From the NCBI GenBank assembly GCA_950097015.1, contig CATNEN010000028.1, positions 62,001 to 126,000 of the forward strand: a DNA stretch of 64,000 nucleotides. Direction: 5' to 3'. Of this stretch, positions 40,901 to 52,452 are shown one piece after another. The stretch comes from Macrostomum hystrix. Taxonomy: Eukaryota; Animalia; Platyhelminthes. The position numbers were made by a program, and so were the translations under genes. How positions within the stretch are numbered: the stretch's first letter is position 1; the number at the start of each line of letters is the position of its first letter. The notes under the pieces were generated by a model. The model saw only the letters and a program-made list of their open reading frames with translations. It was not told the DNA's origin and did not search any database.

Positions 40901-43900
40901 GAGGAGCAAGAGTTTATTTATTAAATTTGGGTGCCAGATGCCAGATATTGGGCTTAAAACTGGAACAGCCTAGCTCAAGATAATTACCATCGACTTCATC
41001 TGCTTTCAATTCTCCGCTGCCGGCTGGCTTGCTGCCGCTGGAAAGTTATTTTTTAGATTTACATATTGCGGCTGAATGACAGATCAGTGATTGGGTAGGC
41101 TGCAACCAGTTGCCCCACAATCACACACCAACCAACCACAATCTCAGACTAACCCACCCCAATCCCAGACTAACCCACCCCAGTACAACAGCAACACTCA
41201 CCTTCGCCTCTCTGCCTCCGCTTCTCGCCAAAGTCGTTCCTCTTCCTCTTCCTCCCAACGTCGACGTTCCTCTTCCTCGCGACGTCGCCGCTCTTCTTCA
41301 TCACGGCGTCGCCGTTCCTCTTCTTCCCAGCGTCGACGCTCCTCTTCTTCGCGACGTCGCCGCTCTTCTTCGTCACGGCGTCGCCGTTCTTCTTCTTCCC
41401 AGCGTCGACGCTCCTCTTCCTCTCGACGTCGACGCTCCTCTTCCTCGCGACGTCGACATTCCTCTTCCTCGCGACGTCGACGTTCCTCTTCCTCGCGACG
41501 TCGCCGCTCCTCTTCTTCTTCCGCTTTCCTTGAAAGTCAAGATTTTTTCAAAGAGTTTATTTCAGATCGATTCGATTCTGATAATTAAGTCCAGATATTG
41601 AACACGAGCGCCCTGCACTATTAACCGCCCCAGTCAGGGTGGGAAATGAAGCTGTTAGAAATGCTGGAAGCAGAATTGACAATAGACACCATGCAGTTGC
41701 TAGCTAGATGTCATGTAAAAAGCTTTTAGCGCGAATGGTTGAGGCGAGGTGGGTAGAGGAGAACTGAGTAGGCGGGTTAAGCTGGGGGAAATTTTCCAAC
41801 GGTACTATAGGCCCCAGCTAGGATGAGAAGTGAGACTGAGCTAAGCCGAAGACAAAGGCAAAGACGGAGAAAGAGACCACTTGGTAGAAAGTCTTGGCTA
41901 GGCAGCTGACAGCGGCTAGCCTTAACTACAACGGAATTCTTAAACAGACGAGGGTGAATAGGACAGAGAGAGGGAGAGAGAGTGTGTGTGTGACACCCGC
42001 AATGCTAAGGTCGCAATGCTGGAGTGATAGATAATAGCGAATGTGTTTTGTGGGAGGAATGGGCAAACAAACCGACTTGATAAACGCGAGAGTTTGATTG
42101 ACATTCTCATGCTCTGAGGACTGAGGTCAAGAATGGGGAAGAGAATGGAATTACAAAACTAATAGACAAATAATGATCAGGAAAAGACCGCCAGATCGAT
42201 AGAAGGGAAAAGACAGAAGCGTAAGAGGACGGAGAGAAGAACAGAGATCAGAGGATGTGATTGAGAGGAATAGGGAGAGAAGGAGAGGAAGAGATGGAGA
42301 GGAAGAGAAGGAGAGGATGAGATGGAGAGGAAGAGAAGGAGGGGAAGAGAAGGAGAGGATGAGAAGGAGAGGAAGAGAAGGAGAGGAAGAAAAGGAGAGG
42401 AAGAGAAGGAGAGGAAGAGAAGGAGAGGAAGAGAAGGAGAGGAAGAGAAGGAGAGGAAGAGAAGGAGAGGAAGAGAAGGAGAGGAGGAAGAGATGGAGGG
42501 GAAGAGAAGGAGAGGAAGAGAAGGAGAGGAAGAGTAGGAGAGGAAGAGAAGGAGAGGAAGAGAAGGAGAGGAAGAGAAGGAGAGGAAGAGATGGAGGGGA
42601 AGAGAAGGAGAGGAAGAGAAGGAGAGGAAGAGATGGAGGGGAAGAGAAGGAGGGGAAGAGAAGGAGAGGATGAGAAGGAGAGGAAGAGAAGGAGAGGAAG
42701 AAAAGGAGAGGAAGAGAAGGAGAGGAAGAGAAGGAGAGGAAGAGAAGGAGAGGAGGAAGAGATGGAGGGGAAGAGAAGGAGAGGAAGAGAAGGAGAGGAA
42801 GAGTAGGAGAGGAAGAGAAGGAGAGGAAGAGAAGGAGAGGAAGAGAAGGAGAGGAAGAGAAGGAGAGGAAGAGATGGAGGGGAAGAGAAGGAGAGGAAGA
42901 GAAGGAGAGGATGAGATAGAGAGGAAGAGAAGGAGGGGAAGAGAAGGAGAGGAAGAGAAGGAGAGGAAGAGAAGGAGAGGAAGAGATGGAGGGGAAGAGA
43001 AGGAGAGGAAGAGAAGGAGAGGATGAGATAGAGAGGAAGAGAAGGAGGGGAAGAGAAGGAGAGGAAGAGAAGGAGAGGAAGAGAAGGAGAGGAAGAAAAG
43101 GAGAGGAAGAGAAGGAGAGGAAGAGAATGAGAGGAAGAGAAGGAGGGGAAGAGAAGGAGAGGAAGAGAAGGAGGGGAAGAGAAGGAGAGGAAGAGAAGGA
43201 GGGGAAGAGAAGGAGGGGAAGAGAAGGAGAGGAAGAGAAGGAGAGGGAGGAAAATGAGAGGATGAGAGGGAGAAAAGGACAGGGAGACAGAAAGAGGTAG
43301 TGCAGGGAAGAGATTAAAAACGCAACGATAAACTGAGTCTATAAGAGAAGGACTGTTGAAGTATTGAGAAGGTTTTCGAGGCATTGAGCCTAGCAACAAA
43401 AAGCGGGACTCTATTGCTAATGCAGTCGCTTGCATGGAGACGGTTAGCGCTATTGTTAATGAATAATAGAATAAAAGAAACTGATGCAATGGAGCTCAGT
43501 GAAAGCAGTGGCTACGCCCAGGTGCCCAGTTGATTGACAGCTATGAGTTTATAAATCATGTAGTTTGATTGACAACCATGACAGATAATTTATGGTTTAT
43601 TAAGATGGAGAAAAAGATGGTTTATTAGGAAAATGAAAGAGAGTAGCTGAAAGTTAGGATATCTACACTGATTCCAGCAGGGTAAATATTCATATTTCGT
43701 GATGCTGTTTGTGATGCTTAAATTGAAACATAGCTGCATGTCCAGTGAAGTAAATCGGTGACGGTCATCATAGTGAATCAAAAACTTATATTATCAGGTA
43801 AATTTATCATATATAAATGTATAATTAGTACAGGGGGGATAAAGTTGGAACTGGGGACTACTTGATTTGATCGACTTAACGCAACTAATCAGCCTTCCAA

Positions 43901-46900
43901 ATTTGATTGGCTGACACCAGTCACGTGATTTGGTTGAGGAAAAGTTATGAAGGATTTCAAAATGTATTTTTTAATGGACTTCTATATGTAGCACCTAGCA
44001 CGTAGCATCTAGATGCTATGTATTGAAGCCCTTGCTTTAAAATAACTACAGCTTCACCAAATTTGAACTCTAAAGCAACATTTCGGCGGTAAATAGTGGC
44101 GTAACATAATTATTTTCACACAGTGAAATAAATTTGAAGTTAATTAGAGTGAAAGTAATTTAACGTTTTAGTAAATTTGTCTTGGTGATTGGTGTATTGG
44201 TGATTCGCATAAATGTAATAATGCAATATAGTCGGCTAAAATCATAGGGAATGCTCTAAAAGCGAATCTAAGAGGCACGCATCGTCGGGCCTTTGCCTTC
44301 TGGCTTCCAGTTCCTCGAGTTGTCGTCGTCGGGCCTCGGCCTCCTGGTCCCGGATGCGCCGCTGACGCTCTCTACAGACTCGGTCGGAATGCGGAGCGAA
44401 GGTTTGCATTGTTATTGCTGCTTTTGTTGCCATGCTGATCGATAATGACTAGGATTTCAGTTGCATCGTGTGGCAACACCTCAGATGGCAGCTCAGGGGT
44501 GACAATGTACTTTAAGCTTTAACAAGTACAATAATACACGGTCCGATGCATCGAAGATCATCAATTTAAAAAGCAATTACTATAATATTCAATTAGATAG
44601 CGACAAAAGTATCATCAAGGATAATCACAAATACTTCAAGCTTGTAAACAAAGACCTTAAGCTTGTAAACAAAGACTTTAAGCTTGTAAACAAATACTAC
44701 AAGCTTGTAGACAAAGACCGCTACTGGCCTAAGCTGCACACAGCTCGGACTCACCGCACCCTGTCAGCCAGGGCCACCTCGGCGTCATGAATCTGGCGAC
44801 GCATCTGCTCCTCCAGCTGCTCCAGCTCCCGCAGTCGCCTGCTGCGCTCCTCCTCTTCGCGTTGCAGACGCTCAAACTCGCGCAGCTTCGCTTTCAGCAT
44901 CTCGTTCGAGGCCTCCGCCTCCGTCACATGCTCCGACCTCTCAGATGCTGCTGCTGCTGCAGGAGGGTCATCGCCAGCGGTCGTCGTCCGTGCCTTCTCC
45001 GCCTCCCAGAGCCGCCGCTGACGTTGCATCTCGTTCAGTAGCGCCTCGGATGACATCGCCGACAAACGGTCCACCTTCTTCTGATTGTTTTCGTCGTTTT
45101 CGTCGGCATCGCCGAGGTGCCCGTCGCTGCTGATGGTCCTGGCGCTGGGCGGTGTCGTTGTCGCAGCAAACGCTGAAGCGTGGGTGCTGTCAATGCTTTT
45201 GGTGTCGCCTTCAGCGGCGAGGTCATTCCGGCGTCGTTCGCGACGACCGCCACTCGACAGTCGGTAAGTGGCACCGCTGACTGTCCGCTCTGAAGACGAT
45301 GCCACCACCGGCGGCTCTGGCGGAGGCTCCTCGAACGGTGACGGAGGTGGCAGTGGCTGAGCAAAGCTGGCATCTACTTCCGTGTCAGATTCTGCCGCAG
45401 CATCAGCTCTGGCTTTGCTGAAACATTTTGACCATTGTTTAGACTTTCTGCTTTTGTATTTATATATTTCATCTCGGAAAGTAACAATGCTGTACTTGAA
45501 CAGCAATCCAGGATTTCAGGGATAACTTAGCTTACAAACTTCTAGCAAATGATAAATTGTGCATTGATACAGTCAGTCAGTTAGTCTTTCACAATTAGTG
45601 CATTTGCGAAGTGAAAACTTAAACAGAAGAGGAAGGAAATGTGCGAATATACTTTACTTTTTCTGTCCACCCACTATCTCTTCCTTAGTTCTATCTAACC
45701 ATTTCAGCCAACTATATAAATGCAACGAAAGCAATATAACAGGCAACTCACTGTTTCTGCGAAGTTAGCTTTACCGAGCCGTTGAGGTTGTTCTGAAACT
45801 AAAATCACTGCTCTAAAATGAGATTTTTTAATTAGCTTGTGCCAAGTGCGAATATTTCAATAATAACAAATTGTTTACGTGCTGTCATACAACATCTAAG
45901 AATAAGATATGCAATTGTGCGAGCCATCGGAAATGTGAAATAGTTCGTAAAGTGCATATTTAAAAGACAAAAAAATACTCAAATGCTCTGAGCTGCCATC
46001 TGAGAACAATAAAATAATAGCGAATAGCAGATACGACATCGCGGGTTAAAAATCAACTTCTAAATGATAACGAATTCTTAGAATTTGTTTTACCGGACTT
46101 TCATCCAAGACACCGTCCGGTGCCTCGGAGCCAAATGCCTCACCTCTCCAGCTCTTCAAAGTCGTCATTGTCGCGCCCGGAGTCGAATGGCACCGGCGAC
46201 CTCGACTGGCCTGGACTCGGGGGGATTAACCGATGCACATTATCAATCTAATGTACTTTATCAACAGATTTATTGAACTGATAAACAAAACGCTGTTTGA
46301 ACGAAACGAAAGCTACAAATTTAAGTATTCCTTAACTAGACAAGGGGTTAACAACCTCCGACCTACGGATGGGATTTGGCCTGCAAAGCTTCTGAATCCA
46401 GCGCAAGGAACCCCGTGTCTCATCTCTCCAGCGTCTAATCTCTCCAGTGTCTCATCTCTCCAGCGTCTAATCTCTCCAGCGTCTCATCTCTCTGGTGTCT
46501 CATGTCTCCAGTATCTCATCTCTCCAATGTCTCATGTCTCCAGTGTCTCATCTCTCCCGTGTCTCATCTCTCTGGTGTCTCATGTCTCCAGTGTCTCATG
46601 TCTCCAGTGTCTCATCTCTCCCGTGTCTCATCTCTCTGGTGTCTCATGTCTCCAGTGTCTCATGACTCCAGTGTCTCATCTCTCCCGTGTCTCATCTCTC
46701 CAGTGTCTCATCTCTCCAGTGCCTCATCTCTCCAGTGCCTCATCTCTCCAGTGCCTCATCTCTCCCGTGTCTTATCTCTCCCGTGTCTCATCTTTCCCGT
46801 GTCTCATCTCTCGCGTGTCTAATCTCTCCCGTGTCTCATCTCTCCCGTGTCTCATCTCTCCCGTGTCTCACCTCTCCCGTGTCTCATCTCTCCCGTGTCT

Positions 46901-48279
46901 CATCTCTCCCGTGTCTCATCTCTCCCGTGTCTCACCTCTCCCGTGTCTCATCTCTCCCGTGTCTCATCTCTCCCGTGTCTCATCTCTCCCGTGTTTCATC
47001 TCTCTGGTGTCTCATCTCGCCTCAGTGAGGACGCCTCATAGCAGGCAGCTATAATTTAAGTGCAAAGCCCGCACTCCCAGGCTAATGATCTTACTGTCCG
47101 CTGTGCCAGGCCTGGAGCCAAGTCCCGGGTAGCTCTGCATTGGGTATGGGCCGATGTACACTCCAGTGACGCCCTTGTGGGCCACTTTCGGCGTCTTGCC
47201 ATGATAAACGGCTAGAAAATTTTTAAAACAATTGTGTTAGGTCAATGAGAATGTTTTTGCAAATGTCGGCCGTTGTATTTGATTTGTTAATATTTTTTAA
47301 TTTGGGGAATTCGTCTTACTGGTCTCGCTCAATCGCTGATGGTGATGCTTTGATCTCTGGGCTGAAAATGAGTAAAGTGCAAAAAGCAATAACAATTGTG
47401 CAGATTGTGCAAAAATGTACTTTTATAGTGCAACTTATTTGGTGCTTTTAAGAAAAGTGTATTAAGGTGTTTATTAACCATTTAGGGTTTGCGTGCCATG
47501 CAATGAGCTGTGCTGTTAGACTAAAAGCTAAATACAATAATTTCGGAGCACAGAACTCACTCTGGCGCGGCGAGTCCATGTTTTGCTGCGGTCTGGGTGA
47601 CCGCTGCTGTTTTGTATGCGAGCGACTGTTGCCATAGCTACGGTTGGACGCAACGGAACCGTCAGAGCTCGTCTGGGAGCGGCGAGCAATATCGTAGTCT
47701 AGCACGAAGATCTCGGGGCAGTAGGCCTTGACGCGATGCGGTTTGTTAGTTTATTTTTATGTCAGTATCAGGGGTACCGCATCACAGATACAAGCCTCTA
47801 ATATAAAAATAAACCTAGCGACTTACATGAGGTGGTAAAAAGTGCTTGACTTTGAGTTCTTTCTCTTGTCGACTTCGAACCTGTAATGACATTTATTACC
47901 CGATGGTTCGTGAATTTCCATATAGAATAGTATGTTATCCTAGCCGCTATTCTAGGCCTATGAAATCTTAAATTCACCTGCGTGAGGCAGCGGCCGACAC
48001 TCTTGCAGAAAACAAAATTTCTAGGCACAATCTCATAGCCCAACTGCCTCTCAATGTCGTTGCGCACGTGCTGGAGGAGTGACTCGGGAAAGACTCTAAA
48101 ATGAATTGTAAAAGAAAGATTAGTGACAGTTCTACTAACTAATATTTTTATTGATGGGAGATGGCACATTACCTGATGAAGCCAGCGGACACAGTCTCCC
48201 CGATGATCTGGTTGAAAGCGCTGTGCAGCCGCTCCTGCCATAGAGCCGGCGGAACCACATAGACGTGCAGGTCCACCAT
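34998..48279 (-). CDS. SPATA1: SPATA1-like protein (spermatogenesis-associated 1), about 839 aa, 17 exons
   Basis: Exons 5'->3': 48279-48173, 48095-47978, 47880-47827, 47726-47561, 47211-47095, 46210-46144, 45417-44755, 44371-44279, 41528-41202, 41037-40988, 40894-40774, 39846-39789, 37953-37887, 36776-36651, 35818-35643, 35307-35209, 35108-34998 (2520 nt, phases consistent). N-terminus MVDLHVYVVP...VSAGFIRV...VRSRQEKELKVKHFLPPHAYCPEIFV and C-terminus ARDIWKKRYFEEKK...VDDSKMKLTAEVKLRTQAEAELRAMKAEL resemble the SPATA1 N and C domains as I recall them. Central exons are less certain. Confidence 0.85.
37118..37148 (+). other. Degenerate 5'-truncated spliced-leader-like copy
   Basis: ctcttactgcgaagactcgattaattgtagg versus recalled SL CTCTTACTGCGAAGACTCAATTTATTGCATG. 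Confidence 0.6.
38030..38390 (+). mobile_element. Fragmented SINE family 2 copy
   Basis: gagttcgaatccg...atttagggtcgcagccacgtggacaaagcttgggg (38040-38105) and cagcctgacgaggtgaaagccagggcagatgtacac (about 38343-38378). Confidence 0.55.
39020..39778. repeat. Mixed 24/20-bp tandem repeat (SPATA1 intron)
   Basis: cagacgaaacagagtgacagatgt and cagaacagagtgacagatgt. Confidence 0.95.
42270..43300. repeat. About 1-kb polypurine (14-bp aggagaggaagaga) repeat
   Basis: Almost exclusively G/A on +. The ORFs here are spurious. Confidence 0.95.
44630..44720. repeat. 21-bp tandem repeat x4
   Basis: aagcttgtaaacaaagacctt variants. Confidence 0.8.
46420..47020. repeat. 16-bp tandem repeat, about 36 copies
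   Basis: Unit ccgtgtctcatctctc. Confidence 0.9.
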
Positions 48280-49639
48280 CTGTGAGAGGGTTACATCAAA
48301 GAGAATGGTGCAAATCAAGTCATTTTAAACGAACGCACCTTTATAAATTTATCATTATGAAGCTTAAAAAATGTAATGCCAAACTCTGTAAAATATTTTT
48401 GTACATCATTTTGAAATTAAAAAACGAAAAAAATTTGAATTAACAGTAGCTATATAATTTTTGTGCTAACTGAAGCTAAAAAATCTGCAGAATAAAATGC
48501 CTACTAAAAAATATAAATTTATCATTTAACATATAAGCACAAGATTGGGAAAAAATACTCTTATAGTGGTAGTTTTAATACTCCATGCAAAATATGCAAC
48601 TGGTTTTGCTATGCTATATGCTACTCGGATCATGTTTACGGTTGAAATAGCTGTAGCTACTATAGTTGACTAATGTAACTTTTATAATAGCTGTAATATA
48701 CTTTATATGTAAGGGTCTGATGCATGCGTCTAGTATTTTTAGCTTTCGCAATTATTATATTGGCTGAAACATGTTCATTGTATACTCGATTGACTCGAGC
48801 TTAAAAATAATTTTTTTATTGGAACAGCACGCAAATAGCACAGCTTAGAAATTATTAATAACACTTTTATTATTCTTTTTAACAGATTTTTCTGAAATTT
48901 TCAATTAAATTTTGTTACGGATTAAAAGCTAAAACTACGTACTGTCTCTGAATCTCTCTTTGGTTTGAAAATAACTAAAACAGAAAACACAGCATTTACA
49001 ACAAAAAAATGGTTACATCACTATTATTAAGGAACAGAATACATTTACCTGTTCCGATGGTGGTCTATTTGGATGACTTTCGTAATCCATTTTTTCGATC
49101 TTTTTTATATTTTACTTCATTGTCTGCACAAATAAAGTTTATATTGATAATTCAAAAGTTAGACGGATGTATGACAAAAAACTATAAAGCTAAAAAAGAA
49201 ATGGAGAACTTAAAAATATCACTGGACTCAATATTAAGATAGGGTGGTGCTTAGTTTGAAACCGCTCTTCGTGTATTATTATTATTATTATTAACTCTAT
49301 TGTATAATTTTATTTATTAAACAAATATATATTGGAGGACTAATTTAGCGTGATAATATTTGTTGTTTTCTTGCTGTACATTAAAAGTCCGGAATCGTTG
49401 CATTAATAAATAAATTTGAATTTCCTAAGTATGCCGGAACAAGCATGATTTGTTGTTTTATCACTATGTTAAATTTCATATTGAAGGGAAACTATTGTTG
49501 ACCGAAAAAAAAATATTTTTGGGACTTACAACATGTACATCATCTACAATAGCTTGACCATAGCTCTAAGTATTACGACTTGCACAAAACAAATTTGTTG
49601 TCACGAAATTCACACTACGAAAAGACTAGTGGTTCCTAA

Positions 49640-49900
49640 ATTCCCGTCTAATCTCGTCCAAGCGTGCCGCCAGCGACTTCAGCTGGCGGGCCACCTCATC
49701 CGCGCCGAAGCGTATTGCCCACAGTCTGTGCAGGAGGTGCTGTTGCTCACGCTGCAGGCACCCTACCGGGCATACGCGCACCCGGCGCTTCGTCGACTGC
49801 CTGCTAGCAGACGCCCGCGCCCCGGACACTGCCGGCGGCCCCGCGCACATTCGCGCGCAGGCCCTGAGGCACGCCTTCTGACGCTGCAATTTGATCTTGA
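49640..49900 (+). mobile_element. 5'-truncated non-LTR retrotransposon (RTE-like) 3' fragment, frameshifted
   Basis: GC-rich island in AT-rich DNA. Translates RQRLQLAGHLIRAEAYCPQSVQEVLLLTLQAPYR / GHTRTRRFVDCLLADA, resembling the RRLRxAGH...GRxRxxFVDxL C-terminal motif of RTE-type ORFs. Confidence 0.6.
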
Positions 49901-51979
49901 CAGCGTACTTTATTGTCTCTGTTGTTTTTTAATTCCCAGTCACTGCTGTTTGAAAAAAAATGAAAACTGAAAACTGAAAATATCCGTTTCAAAAATTATG
50001 CCGTAGGTATATTGTAATACTAAATGTACAATTAAAAAATATATTTTACTTTAATTGAGTTAGATTTTCTTCCCCTTAGCGTACGCTGCAATTAAATAGT
50101 AATTCGTATTGAAAAAATTTTTATCTTCGATGCTTGAGTATAATTGACGCTAGTTTCTGAAAGTGCAGCGTTTATAAAAGATTGATTCGCTAAAATTTAC
50201 GAGTGGAATTAGGAACTTGCTATCATATTCCAGAGCATAAAAATTATGAGTAATTATTGATTTATTGCATTTTAGCGCTCCAACAAATTTCATTTAACTA
50301 TCGGAGAAATACTATAAGATCAGGTAGTAAGTGTTGTTAATCAAATCAGAAAGTACGCTAACTAGCATCTGAAGTGGATCATCAAGCACCTGCTTCAAGG
50401 AGCAGCTGAAACCGCGGCAATCAAATGGTTTTTGCTAGAAGTGCTAGCTTTTGCTTCTAGTAGCCAGTCTGATGATGATGGTGCCAGCCCTGTGTACCAT
50501 GCAGTGGGCCCCTGAATTATTAATCTACGCTTTGTATGCTCACAACTGAGTCGCTTCTACAGCACAATAATGACGATCATTAAATCCTAAAAACTATAAG
50601 TCGCCGGAGCGAAAGCAGCCACACAATGAGTGGCGCTTGACTGTCACGGAGAGAAACAGCCGCGCCCCACCCGGATCTCCTTGGCAAATGACCGACTGAT
50701 TGACTGGAATCATTGCTAGCACCTGGTGGCTAGCTTTTGGGGCGGGCAAGGAATTGACAATTGTAACTCCATTCGCAAGGTAGGTTCAGGTTAAGGTGTG
50801 TGTGTGTGTGTGTGCGTGTTTGTGGTCTAGATCTAATCAAAAATTTATAGCCAAAACGCATTTGGATGCATGAGTCCTGTTTGGTTCCAAAAAACGCTTT
50901 TTCTCAGAAAATGCCAAGAGGGGTGGAGAAGACAGGAAAAATGCTTGCCTGCACTTCCTCTGCTTCAGTCAGCCGCACTTGCTGAGTCACCAGCGTTTCT
51001 GCCGGCCTGGCTTGAAGAAGCTAGCCTGTATGGAAGGCCTGCGAGGGAGTCAGCGGGGGTCGGGAGGCAGCAGAGCACGGCAGAAATGCAAATAGCCTAA
51101 TCTATTATTTAACACCTGTGCCCTGCTGCCCCACTCCGGCATCCTCAGTGCTCAATCCACCTTATCCCCCTTCCTTCAGTTTCCTCCCTTCAACTTCTCA
51201 GTTTCATTTTTGAAAAAAAAAACTGAGCGACATAGACCGACTATAGATCTGGCTGAGGTGACCGAGAATATTTGGCTAGGGTAGGGAATGACTGCAACAG
51301 CCTGGAGCAACAGGTGCTACAATTGAGGACTATGCAAAAACTGGAGCAATTCATTTATGTGCAATTATGAAACATTGATAAGCATGCATAAAAATGTTGA
51401 TCGAGTAGACTTGTCGATCTAGCTTAGACACTTGGTGAATTCTATTGCATATTTAATGCGCAGCATTCGGTATTTCGCTCATCGTGACAACAGCCTTTAT
51501 AATTAATTCAGCAGAATTTGTGTATTTTAGAGAGATATGAGATTATGTGCCGGCCAAGCGTTTCTGCACTCGCACACAATCGTGTTTATTTATTCATATT
51601 CCGTCACTTAAAATGGCCAGCAAAATGAGGTCCAACAGTTGTCGAAATGCCAAATTAAGCCAGCAGTAATGTGCATTTCTTAATTCGAGCTTTAAGTATT
51701 CACATTTGGATAGCGACAGAGAAAAAATGGTAAAACGACATTACTGAAATAGTGCATCGAGTACGAAAAGCAGCAAATTGAAAACAGCAAAATACGTTTA
51801 ACAACATACACTTTTGATAAAAAATCTAGTTCAGATCTTTTAACCACGACAAAGCATGCAGTTCGGATATCCAATCAGACAAAGAGAAAGGCGCTATTCT
51901 TATTAATTTAAACTCCGCCAATGTTTTTTTCTCCAAATATTATGATAGTAATTCGATTCGCAAGAAACTAAAAGTGGGG

Positions 51980-52250
51980 GGGAGATGTAAAAGCTAGGAC
52001 AGGGGAACAAGCGAGGTGGGTGTAAAAGCTAGGGCAGGGGAAGGAGCGAGGTGGGTGTAAAAGCTAGGACAGGGGAACAAGCGAGGTGGGTGTAAAAGCT
52101 AGGGCAGGGGAAGGAGCGAGGTGGGTGTAAAAGCTAGGGCAGGGAAAGGAGCGAGGTGGGTGTAAAAGCTAGGGCAGGGAACGGAGTGAGGTGGATGTAA
52201 AAGCTAGGGCAGGGAAAGGAGTGAGGTGGGTGTAAAAGCTAGGGTAGGAG
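51980..52250. repeat. 35-bp tandem repeat, about 8 copies
   Basis: gtaaaagctagg recurs at 51987, 52022 and 52057. Confidence 0.9.
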
Positions 52251-52452
52251 AATGGAACCAATAAGTGTCAATACCGTATAAATAAGCTCTTTAATACAAG
52301 CAAGTACCAATCAAAGCAAGAGGTTATTTACACAAGAGAATGGAATTTCACAATGAATTTAAGCAAATTTTCTAGCAGCTAGCGTGTCAAATTGTTTTTG
52401 ATAAAATCACCAAAACGGAAAAAGTTTTTTGAACTTTCAGTATCTCGACAAA

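Noticed and set aside
41091-41601. SR-rich ORF on the + strand
   Set aside because: It is the antisense shadow of the E4R4 exon. The splice signals and phase fit the minus-strand SPATA1 model.
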